The notes beneath the pieces were generated by a model that searched no databases, was not told where the DNA came from, and worked only from the letters and a program-made list of their open reading frames with translations. Positions 52,615 to 64,000 of a DNA stretch of 64,000 bases are shown one piece after another (the stretch's first letter is position 1; every line of letters begins with the position of its first letter). Position numbers and translations under genes: made by a program. The DNA is from Sphyrna mokarran. Taxonomy: Eukaryota. The stretch is taken from NCBI GenBank assembly GCA_024679065.1, contig JAGIQG010000004.1, positions 62,868,001-62,932,000 of the forward strand. Direction: 5' to 3'.

Positions 52615-52992
52615 CATGGAGCGTAGGAGGTTGAGGGTGAATTTATAGATTTCTATAAAATAATGAGGGACACAGATCAACTAGGTAGTCAATATCTTTT
52701 CCCAAAGGCAGGGGAGTCTAAAACTAGAAGGCACAGGTTTAGGGTGAGAATGGAGAGATACGAAAGTGTCCAGATGGGCACTTTTTTCATACATAAGGTG
52801 GTGAGTATTTAAAACAAGCTGCCAAAGATAATAGTAGAAGTAGGTACAATTTTATCTTTTAAAAAGCATTCAGATAGTCACATGGGTACGATGGGTATAG
52901 AGGGATATAGGCCAAATGTGGGCAATTGGGTGGCATTGAAAAGTTGAGCCAAAGAGCTTATTTCCATGCTGTAAACCTCTATGACTCTATAA
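52615..52992 (+). mobile_element. Old CR1 3' fragment
   Basis: ERRRLRVNL..YKIMR, TRRHRFRV; CTCTATGA tail; related copy at 54985-55470. Confidence 0.8.
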
Positions 52993-53085
52993 TCCTATAC
53001 ATGGTTGAAGATGTTAACATTGTCACCTGTGCTTCATTCTTTCCTTAATACTACAAATACTAAATAGGTTTCTTTTTTTTTACAG

Positions 53086-53191
53086 ACTACAAGGAGCGGG
53101 TCTGCCATTTGCTAGTTCGGTGAAATCTGTAAATCATAAAAGCAACAGCAAGAATATGGAAAAAAAAACACTGACTTTAGAAAATCAGCAG
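53086..53191 (+). other. Candidate downstream exon of the IgSF gene (cytoplasmic or 3' UTR)
   Basis: Strong acceptor T-run-TACAG, donor CAG|GTGATG; only the phase-2 frame is open throughout. Confidence 0.4.
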
Positions 53192-54194
53192 GTGATGGCA
53201 ACAATTCTTCAAAAGAAAGCATTAGTTGAGCCATGTTATAATTACTGAACTAACAATTATTTCCATTATGAGTATTGTGGGGATCTGACTGCTATACAGT
53301 TTCAGCATAAAAAACCTTAAAAATAATAATATAATTTCATAGCATCAAATTTAAGATTCTTCATTTTGAGAAACGGCAGTCATTTTTACCACTTTATTGT
53401 GGATTTTAGGAGCCTCGCATCGTTGAGCAAATGAGCATAAGAAGGAATATAAGAAATGCACTTAACAGGAATAACGACCTGCTCTATCATTAAATTATAC
53501 CCCAATTGATGCGTACCTTAACTTCGTCTGCACACATTAACTCTCTAACCATAAATTTAATTGATTGACAGAATACAATTTTGGCTTTCAAAATTTCAAG
53601 TAATTTAGCTTTAACGGGATTTGCAGGAAGTGTATTTAATTCAACACATCAACACATGTTTTCATATTCGGTTCTTTCAACAGTGCACTTATGAAATTGT
53701 GCTAACTCCAAACCCACAGTGCTGAATCTCCACTGCAACTCATTTAGCACCAGTGATTTATTCACGATGTGTTGTGATCCAATTGTTTAACAAGTGTTTA
53801 GTGCAATAGTGTGTTAACTTTCACCAGATTAAGCCTCAACCTCGTGAGGAAAGGATGATATTCAATTGCATTTTGAATGACAGCATTCAGCTGCATACAG
53901 CATTAAAGTGATGCATGCATTCAAACTCTATATCTAAGAAATTCAAAGTGGATGACTTCACTTCAATCTCCATGTTCCTCAGTTTGTCCTATCTCTTGCA
54001 CAATTCGCTTTCAAATTGCCCTCTTGAATTCCTTCTTAATATCTACGTGAATCTGGCTAGGCTCGCTTTCATTATTCATATTGAGGAGGGTATGTTGAAG
54101 TCCCCACTTGAACCTTTGCAATCCATGCTTGCTAACGTGTGCATAATTCACGGTTAGCCAATTAGTGTGGCGCACGAAGTTCGCGATTGCTCTC

Positions 54195-54950
54195 TGTATG
54201 TACACACATGCACATATATACAAGTGTTCACACACACGCGCGCGTGTGCACATACAGAGACACACACACATGCACACGCACACACAGGGAGATACACAAA
54301 ACGCATGCATATGTGCACATAGACACACACATATACATGTACACATATACATGCACAAGCACCCAAAGGCACACACATACACAACACACACACACACGCA
54401 TACACGCTCACACACATGAACACGCACACAAAGAGTCGTATACACATACACTTACACATGCACATACTGACACACGCACTCATAAACACGCACACACACA
54501 CAAACGCACACACAGATACACACACATAGACATAAACTAATATTCGTACATACACGCGCACACACAGGCACACTCGCACATACATACATACACGCATGCC
54601 ACACACATGCATACACCCACCAATGCACAAGCGTGCGCATACACACACATACATACACACAAATACAAATACGCACACACTGACAAACACATGCATATCA
54701 ATACACACATATGCACATACACACAAACACATACACACACACCAACATACATGCACATGCATGCACTCACACATTTGTACACACAAAAACACACGCATGC
54801 ACACGTGCACAAGTACATGCATACACTCATGCACACACATACACAAATGCACACACATACACACGCACACACATGAACACACGCATACACACACATATAC
54901 TCACACAAACACAGATGCATTCATGCACACAAACACACACTCGGGCACAC
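54195..54950. repeat. Degenerate (CA)n/(RY)n microsatellite, ~750 bp
   Basis: CA/TA/CG alternation. Confidence 0.97.
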
Positions 54951-54984
54951 AATGTTGATATTAAACTGGAATGATGGCTGAAAT

Positions 54985-55470
54985 GATTTACTAGGATGCC
55001 ACGGGGCATAATGGTTTTACATATAAGGAGGTAAGATAAACTGGGACTTGTTTCCCCTGGAACATAGAAGGCTTAGGAGTGATCTCACTGAGGTCTATAA
55101 AATAATGAGGGGCATTGATAAGTTAGATAGTCAACATTCTTTTCCCAAAAGTAGGACAGCATTAACCTAGAGAGATTAGGTTTAAACTGAGAGAGAGATA
55201 CAAAAGGGGCCGGAGAAGCATTTTTTTTTCAGGCAGAGAGTGGAGAGTGTCGGGAGCTGCCAGAAGAAATAGTAGAAGCCGGTAAAATGTTGTCTTTTAA
55301 AAAGTATTTAGACAGCTACATGGGTAAGATAGGTACAGAGAAACGGTATGGCCCAAGTGCGAGCAATTGTGGAGCTTAATGATAAAAACTGGGCAGCGTC
55401 GACAAGATGGGCCGAAGAGAGTGTTTTCACAACAGTAAACCTCTATGATTTTGGGACTCTATGACTCTAT
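54985..55470 (+). mobile_element. Old CR1 3' fragment
   Basis: FTRMP..LGLVSP..RRLRSDLTEVYKIMRGID relic; CTCTATGA tail. Confidence 0.8.
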
Positions 55471-56809
55471 ATCCTAATTCATAAAAAAAAATATTCGCGT
55501 TTATACAGGTTCACAAGAGGCACACACCACTTGTCAGAACACGGTGCCTAATTTGTCTTGTCTAAACTTTGTTTCCTGTATTGAAATGAATTCTATCCCA
55601 GGGCAGTTTGTTGCCTTATTGCTTTGTATGAAGCAATATCTTATTTGAAAGCGTGTTGAATGTCTTCTGGGAATCCACATAAAACACATTCACAACATGC
55701 CATTCTCTAATAATTCACACAATAAGAAGTGCAATCGTCAGTCGCTGCTACTACTGCAAAAACTGATTATACTTCGATCACTTGGTTCATTTCGGTCCAA
55801 ATATGCTATAGGTTTGATTTAATATTTGCATTCCTGTTACCAAATTGCTGCAAATTAGTGAGAAATTGTTAATTAAATTGCATTGTGTTAAATCAACACA
55901 ATAACGAGTGCTACTTTTCACGATTAAAATAATATTTAGCAATGCTCAGTAAAATAAGCTTAAGAAAAACTAATATTATTTTGTTTTACTGATCTTTGCA
56001 ATCAGTTCACAATATGTCATTTTGATTTCTGCCACTGTTGAAATGCGTTTCACAAGTAAGTAAAAGAAGCTTCCAAAACAACTTGATCACAGTTATATAT
56101 CGAACTTGGTGTATCTTTACCATAATGCACAGATTGACTAGTCATTATAATACAATTAGATGATTATCCCATATTCCCGCTTCAAGCCAGCACACTGATC
56201 AGTGTTGATATATCAACAAGACATTTGATGATTCACAACAAATGCACAATCACGCTACTTGCATGCAAAATAGATTATCCGATCAGTTATACCCAAATGA
56301 TTAGTCTTACACTAATACTTACAAACCCACGTGACGTTATTTACGAAATCTAAAAAAAAGGTGAAAGTCAATATCTAAGCAAACAGAATGTTTAATTTCC
56401 ACAATACTGTATGAAATTCTCGTTTTCGCTTTTACGCTCATGATCTATCTGTCAACTGTTTTACCTGATGGTCAAAGCATATATGGAGGTTTGCTCTGAC
56501 AAGACTAAACCCGACGCATCATTACCTATCACTCAACGGACTTTGAAAATTGATATGGCTTATTAATGTTTCGTAGCCTCTGCCGCTCACACTTATAAGT
56601 CCCAGTAACTGGTTATGAACACCCAGCCGAATAGCCTGGATCTCGCCTCGGCTGAAGCGCTAACAAAAGTGAACCTTTAATTAGCTTCTCGTGGTGAACA
56701 ACATATAGAGATGCTGGCGTTGACTCGCGTGGGCAGAGTAAGAAGTCTCACTTCACCAGGTTGAAGTCCAACAGATTTATTTGGAACCACAAATTTTCGG
56801 ATGATTATT

Positions 56810-57005
56810 GACCATTATCGGAAAGATCCATGTGGTTCGTTAACTTTCATAAGGGAAGGAAATCTTGCACCATTACCTAGTCTGGCCTACATGTGACTCC
56901 ACACCCACAGCAATGTCGTTGACTGTTAACTGCCCTTACCAATTAGGAATGGACAATAAATACTGGCCAGCCAGCGATGCCCATTTCCTATGAATAAAAA
57001 GAAAA
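56810..57005 (+). mobile_element. 3' half of a tRNA-derived SINE sharing its tail with the old L2-like LINE
   Basis: AGGGAAGGAAATCT..TCTGGCCTACATGTGACTCC..GCCAGCGATGCCCA; related pieces at ~58140-58330 and ~60300-60530. Confidence 0.65.
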
Positions 57006-59987
57006 ATCCAAATACTCGTGAGGAACCGGATCGTGGCCATTTGCCTCAACAAAGAAGGGGCGTTAACAAGCATCATTCCACAATTAATAATCATTCCAGT
57101 CTCAAAAATGTGCTGCTTATAGTAGAGGCAACCGGTGCAACATTAAATCCAACCAGCAGATAGAGGAAAGGTCCTGAAGCAAAAATAAACCATTTAATTT
57201 TGCTGAAAAATTGCTGTGTACAGCACAAAATCAGGTGTGCGAACGTGAAGCTTTTTTTTTTGCTTTGTGTTTTAATTACAGTAATTGCAACATTTCTGTG
57301 AGGTCATGACCAAACAAATATCGGAGACATCGGAACATTAAGATATTGCATCTCGAAAACAATCTGATACTTACTGTGGTGACTACATTTCAAAACGGCT
57401 ATCAGAGAAAAAACTGCGAAATAACAACGGTGCTGCCATCTTAACCTTTGAATAGCTGCAGTTTTTGACTTTGAGGGGCAGCGTAGAACTGACGATGGCC
57501 AACCGGCTGCCAATCTGTTTTCACCTCTATGGTACGGTGGAGTTTGAAATGCTCCCATTTTGTGTTTATTGAGTCTGAATCGAACTCAGCAATTGTAGCT
57601 CTTTTCAGTACATAATGACATTTAAATCAGTCTAATCTGATCCCCTTTTATTACATTTTTAACAGGCCTAACATAATACCAGTACCAACAAGTTCATTTC
57701 CAAATACCGGATCAACCCAACTTGGAAATTTAAATGTTTTCTTAATCGCCGCTAAATTCACATTCTGGAACACCTCCCAACGGATTGTGGGTGTGCCAGC
57801 AATACGAGGAAAATAATGGCTTAGGATGTCTGCTCACGAACACTTTCAAGGGGTTATTAGAGATGCATATTAAGTGTTTGGCTTGCTAGTGACGTCGAAG
57901 CCTTGTACAAAAGTAAATGTGTCTGTTTATGAAGTCCGTTTCTTCGCCATTCATCAGTTTTGCTGCATCTTCCGCGGAAATATAGCGCCTTGGAAGTCGC
58001 TTCATCCAGTTTTCCTTTCAAAGATGTACTCGGCAATACCTGAGCAAGTTTGAAGAGATGCATCTCAACATCCTTTCCAAATGCCACTATTCTCAATCAT
58101 GTCGATCTATTTACTTTGATTTTGTTTGTCCAGTTAGGACTGTTGATGACATTGAGTGAAAACTACAGACACAACTGTTGTAAACACCCATCTGGTTTTC
58201 TAACCTAATGCAGTAAATCTGCATTTTCTCCCTGACTTCGTGTCCAGGCACACAGCCACGCGATAGTTAACGTCCTTCCAAAGGCAATAAATGCTGATAT
58301 AACCTCTACGTCCGCATCTCAATGATTAATCAGAAGTGTGTTCCGAATTTTGTTTGCGCGTGTTCAGTTTTAGTCAATCAGAGAGAAACACAATATGAGA
58401 TTGCAATAATTTCACTATTTCACGCAGCGTCCATTGTTTCAAAATATACACCCAATTAGTTTAGAGACCAAATAACTAACAAACTCTTTACGTATTATAC
58501 AACCCACTATTTCTCAATTTACAGATGGAAATATTCAGCCTTTTAACGCTTGCATTTAATTGTTTTAAATCTTCCTCTGTTGTTTCTGTTATACGTCTAA
58601 TGGTAATTCAGAAATTTCAAAAGAATAACGATCCCGCTACTTTACTTTGTAGAATAACTATGCATTTTTATTTTATTTCCTTGCCCTAGTGCTCCGTTGC
58701 ATAGATTGCTTTCAAAGAACAAATGTCCTATACTGTCATGTAGTTTGAGAGAAAAGCTTTGAAGCCGTAGGATGTTTCGTGACCAATAGAATGAATTAAT
58801 GTATGCAAGGCGGGAAGACGTGGCACAACCCAACACATGCAACATCAATGAGTTAGTCATTACCGTTTAGGAATCACATTAAAATACGACCTCATTATCA
58901 TAGCTAGGCCAGAATATATTGCCCATCCCGAAAAGTCTCTGAGGCAACAGTAGTGTGTTGAGTTCTTGTAAAATTCTAGATATGAGAATACCGGAATTTT
59001 TCATGTTGTTTCCGGATTTTTTTTGTAAGTAAATTCACCCTCCCTTTACCTAACTTGTAGCAACTTGAGCTTACATATGATATGGAACAATTGACTCTGA
59101 GGAAACGGATGTGGTTTAAGCAAGAACAAGAGCTATTTATTGCGCGACAATGACGAGTACATGTCAACTGTTCCGATTAGAACCTGCTGTGAGCGCGTAA
59201 TCATATTAAAAGATTCGACTCTGCTCATGAAAACATTGCGCATTCATATGCCAACTTTATTGAAAAGTATGTCAAGCATTTCAGAATTATTGCATTCATA
59301 ATACAGAATGATCCGCCTGCTGATGGCCATAATGCTTTTTTTATCTTCACGAGTTGTTATCTACAAAAAACACAAGTGATCAACTGCGACAGAATGCCGA
59401 GCTTCTTAGCCTGATGTGTGATGCAAGCTTGAACTTCCCTAATATTACTAAAAACAGATTATCGTGTAGTGATTTCGGAGACATTTTGTAGTAGACAGCC
59501 AAGCATTAATCCCTAGTAATGTTCACTTGAATGTTTCAACTTGATGGTAGGCCACAAAGAGGAAATAATTATTTTATATCATGAAATATTCTGCCATATT
59601 AGGATATAACCTATATTTCAATCCTGTGCTGCAGTGATGCAAACAATACAAAAATATAACCAACCTCATGCAATCGCGTTGGTATGTCCGACATTGGGAA
59701 CTGTACCGGCACGTTGCGCCGTACAACCTGCGATATATTTGGATCATTTGATATAGATTACGTCCAAATTCTGCCGAAATCGGCAAAGCCAGATTTAGTC
59801 CCAAAGAAAAAGTTGAAAATGTACCATACTATTTCTAAAATAAATTTCCTTCCATCTTCACATTAAGCAGAATTATACTAGCATCTCATACAGAAGATTT
59901 TAGCCCTTACCCAGATGGAATCTTTATTCAGCTTGCAGCTATCTTTCGATTTCTAACGTAAATATGTTTAAAACAGAAAATTCGATT

Positions 59988-60300
59988 AGTAGCACTCTCA
60001 CTTTTGAGTCAAGAAACAAAAGGTCCCATTCCAGAACCTGATCAGAATAATAAACCACTGACGCAATACTACACTGCAGGAAGTATCGATTTTCAGAAGG
60101 GACTTAAAACACAGGTCCAATCAGCAAGTTATTTCGGATCTAAAATATCCCATGGCGCTATTTCGCAGTAAAGCGGAGAAATTATCCCTGCAGTGCTGCA
60201 TAGTGTTTTTATCGTTGAATCAACTTGTCTGTTGCAGTTAACATAATGCGGTTTGTGGTAATTTGATAAAGCCAATTTGGCTGCCGAGCTTCCCATTTGA
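59988..60300 (+). mobile_element. Deu-domain SINE relic (SacSINE1/AmnSINE-like)
   Basis: TAGCACTCTC..TGAGTCA head and TAAAA.ATCCCATGGC.CTATTTCG Deu core. Confidence 0.6.
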
Positions 60301-60699
60301 CTGGTTATGGACTCGCAATCCTGAGGCCCAGGCGAATATCCTGGTCAGTCGTTCAAAGTGAACAACGGCAGCTGGTGTAATTTAAAATTCAATTAATAAA
60401 TGAATAATCAATTGCCTTATCAAGAGCAATTATGTGACCATTGTAACTTGTGAAAACTGATCTGGTCCATTATTGTCCCTCCCTGAACGACTCTTAAGTG
60501 CCCACTGAAACAGCCTAGCAACCCATTACCATCTCAGCCTACTCTTCATCATCATGGAAGTTATGGAAGGATTGGGGTGGAAGGTGATACCAATTAGATT
60601 TGACCTGCTGACTCATGGGTTTGATTCTTCCAAGACAAATCTGGCATTGACCTCTGCAAAGCCTTCGGCTAGACATGTATAAAAACAAAAAAAAAACAA

Positions 60700-61840
60700 A
60701 ATGATAGATTGGAGTGACTGTGCTTGACATCAATGAAGCAACATACTAAGCCTCCATCATAGAGCCTTAAAAAAGTCTGCAATCATTGGAAAATGGGGGG
60801 GGGGGGGGGGGGCGGGATGGGGGTATTACTTACATTGCTTAGAGTCATATGGAGCACAACAAGTTGATTGTGTTTTTGGGGCCAAGACTAGTCCCAAAGG
60901 ATCACTGAAGGGATTTTTCTGGGTAAAACCCAAGGCTAAACAATTTTCAGCTACGTTATCAATGATCATCCTTTTATTAAAGAGCGAGAATTGCAGGCGT
61001 TGCTGGCGATTTCACAATGTTCAACTCTGTTCACAACTCCTCACATACATAAGCAATTAGTGTCCAAATGCAACAGATCTGGGCAAATTTCAGGTTAGGA
61101 CTGATAGTTGATAAATTTGTTTTGCGTCACACAAGTGCCAGGTATGACCATTTCCAACAGGAGAGAAGAAAGCCATGTCCCCGTGATGTTCAATGCATTA
61201 TCATCATTGACTTCCCAACTAATAGCATTCTCTATTCCCAACTAATAGCAGAATGAAGAAACTGAACTGGACCAGCCATACTCACACCCAACTCCCCACA
61301 GCCTGCCCAACATTTATAAGATACAAGGCAAAAGTATGATGAAATGCCAGCCATTAATAAGCATGAGTGAAGTTCCAACAACACTTAGAAAGTTGGGCAT
61401 CTTCCAGCATAAAACAGCTTGCTTGATTGGACACTTCATCCATCACCTTTTCACACCCTCTCCCACTGATTCAAAGTGGCAGGTGCTTACCATCTGGAAG
61501 ATGTTCAGCAACAACTCAACAAAACTTGTATAATTGCACCTGGAAATCTCATGAAGCTTACTAGTTGGAAAGACGAGATTGATAGATCGATGGGAACACC
61601 ACTACATGATTTTTTTTCCCCTTAGTCACACATATTCTAAACTGGAAATATATTGGCTATATCTTCTGGACAAAAATCTGGAACTCCCTTCTGAACAACA
61701 ATGTGGGTGCATCTACATCAGATGGACCATAGTAGTTCAAGAAGGTGACTCACCATCACTTTCTCAAGAGGCAATTAATGATGGAAATTAAAGTTAGGCC
61801 AGCTAACGACTTCCACATCCTGTGAAAGAACAGAAAAAGA
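60700..61840 (+). mobile_element. Old L2/CR1-group LINE fragment
   Basis: GVTVLDINEA, MQQIWANF, PTTLRKLGIFQHKTACLIG relics; same 3' end as 8805-10110. Confidence 0.7.
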
Positions 61841-62850
61841 TTACAGCACCGCACTGGTGTCGTTAAAAACACTTTGAAACATCAAGTGCAAAGCTTTATG
61901 TGAATGCAAAATGTTATTTTCTTGTTATCTATCATAGCTATAACAAATGAATACATCAAGATTGCAGTATTTTGAAATATCCGTTATTCAGAATCCATAT
62001 GAAACATAATATTAGTGAGGTACAAATATACAATCTTTGAATTACGAGTTTTAGGAGCTTTTCCATCCTAAGCCTCATTTAGGATTAGGTTTGACTTTCT
62101 ATTCGAACTCACATCATTTAGTGGAGAATTCAAATGCCAATATTGAAAACGTTTCAATGTCATTTCCTGTCACATTAAGTCTGTATAAAATCGCTCTTAG
62201 CAATTAGGTCAACATCGGTGATTGAGCACATTCCTTTTCCAGTTTCTTTTGCGCAATCAATTTTCTCTACATCGATTGTTTTATTCGTCGCAATCTGCAG
62301 TAATCATGTCTCCATGTTTTTTAACTTCTTTGATCCAAACTTTTTAATGTGGATTTGCTCCAAACTCTGCACCTACTTTTGATGCAACTGTGTTCAATAA
62401 ATCCCCTGGCTTCGATTTATACCTGCACAAGGTTTCATCACTTAGTCCGTGAAGGCGAATTATTCCCTCTTTAGCCTCACTCTCATCGCCTACCACCTCT
62501 TTCACTATCCCTGCCACCTCTGACCCCCGCCCCGCCACCCAGCACTCCTCCCCACAACCCATTCGCGTTCCAGCCTTTCCTTTTATCTGGATTACCGTTG
62601 TTTGACCAAGACAATATATTCATCGATAAAATCTGATACAACTCTTATAGTTCAGGCAAATATCATTCAATCCATAAAGCTGCACCAAATCTTCAAAAGC
62701 GTATCCCACCTCGGCGCTCCTTTCTATTCTACCCGCATAACGGTGCATTTATCATAACTAACCCAACTAGCTTGCACATCCAAGAAGACACTGTGGACAG
62801 CTGGTAATCCAGTGTAAGTGTCACTATGCTAGTAATGTAAAGAACACCAG

Positions 62851-64000
62851 GCTAATTTGCAAGTTTGCAGACGATACTTGCTAATCAGCAAGTATGCAGA
62901 CGATACAAAGATTCCTGGACTTGCGGATAGAGAGGAGCATTGTCAGACGATGCAGCAGGACATAGATAGGCTGGTAGCTTGGGCAGATAGATGGCAGATG
63001 GAATTCAATCCTGATAAATGTGAGGTGATGCATTTCGGGAGATAGAATGTAGGGGGGAGGTATATGATAAAGGATAGACCTGTTAAGAGCATAGAAACGT
63101 GGAGGGACCTGGGGGTGCAGGTGAACAAGTCTCTGAAGATGGCAGAGCAAGTGGAGAAGGTTGTGAAGAAAGCATGTAGTATGCTAGCCGTTATAGGAAG
63201 GGGTATAGAGTACAAGAGCAGGCCTTTAATGTTGCAGTTGTATAAAATGCTGGTTAGACCTCATTTGGAATACTGCGCCCAGTTCTGGTCGCCATACTAC
63301 TGGAAGGACGTGGAGACTCTGGAGAGAGTGCAGAGGAGGTTTACCAGGATGCTGCCTGATATGGAAGGTCTGAGTTACGAGGAGAGGTTAGGCAAATTGG
63401 GACTGTTTTCCTTAGAAAGACGTCGACTTAGAGGAGATGTAATAGAGGTGTACAAGATAATGCGGGGTATAGATAGAGTAAATAGGGTTAAGCTTTTTCC
63501 TAGGATGGACCCAAATAGCATGAGGGGTCACGGGCTTAGGGTGAGGGGGGTAAGGTATAATTTGGATGCTCGAGGGAGTTTTTTCACACAGAGGGTGGTG
63601 GGGATGTGGAATGTGCTGCCAAGTAAAGTGGTGGAGGTAGGTACTCTGGAGTTATTTAAGAAATACTTAGATGGGCACATGAACAGAATAGGAATGGAGG
63701 GGTATAGAAAACTGATTTAAAATAGGGATCATGAGCATTGAGAGTCCCTGGGAAGTGTGTCAATAGATGATGATATTGATGTACTTGTTTTTATCCTACA
63801 GGTGCTTTGGTCCACCTTGTTGTCTAACAAGGGGCATACATGTGATGCCTCGTGAGAGGCCTGCTCTCGGATTTTTTTTCGAGAGTATCCTAGTGCTTCA
63901 CGTCATTAGTGTATGCTTGACCTGGACCATTTGATGGGCAGCACGACATCTCAGTGACTATCGCTGTGCTGTGCAGATACATGGATTTAGACCTGTGTCT
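62851..64000 (+). mobile_element. CR1-C, 5'-truncated at YADD, running off the window end
   Basis: ISKYADDTKI..GYRKLI* (63720), spacer, SINE head GGGCAGCACGAC near 63936. Confidence 0.95.

Noticed and set aside
54011-55009. Long Cys/Val- and His/Thr-rich ORFs
   Set aside because: Translations of the (CA)n microsatellite
55509-58560. Further acceptor sites (55509, 57666, 58525) as cytoplasmic exons of the Ig gene
   Set aside because: No signalling motifs or consistent open frame; unsupported without transcripts

Overview
This is repeat-dense vertebrate genomic DNA. Its repeat content (HER1-type CR1 LINEs, HE1/V-SINEs, a Deu-type SINE, Penelope-like elements) points to an elasmobranch, most likely a shark. 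Most of the window is retroelements. There are four young CR1 families (my labels CR1-A, B, C, D), many of them nested, plus older CR1, L2-like, Rex1, RTE, Gypsy, Penelope and Harbinger-like remnants. One host gene is supportable: a + strand immunoglobulin-superfamily gene at 48695-51158 with leader, germline-joined VJ-type, C1 and transmembrane exons (261 aa as read). Four observations stand out. (1) Three divergent CR1 families all end ORF1 with the slippery heptamer T_TTA_AAC directly before the stop; ORF2 is open in the -1 frame and two families have no upstream in-frame AUG, which suggests -1 ribosomal frameshifting in a LINE. (2) CR1-C appears to have captured a whole B-box-less HE1/V-SINE as its own 3' end. 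(3) One CR1 has a twin-priming-type 5' inversion. (4) The antigen-receptor-like V-C1-TM gene has a stop codon 2 nt before a splice donor. All calls are by eye, family names rest on remembered motifs, and boundaries of old repeats are approximate.
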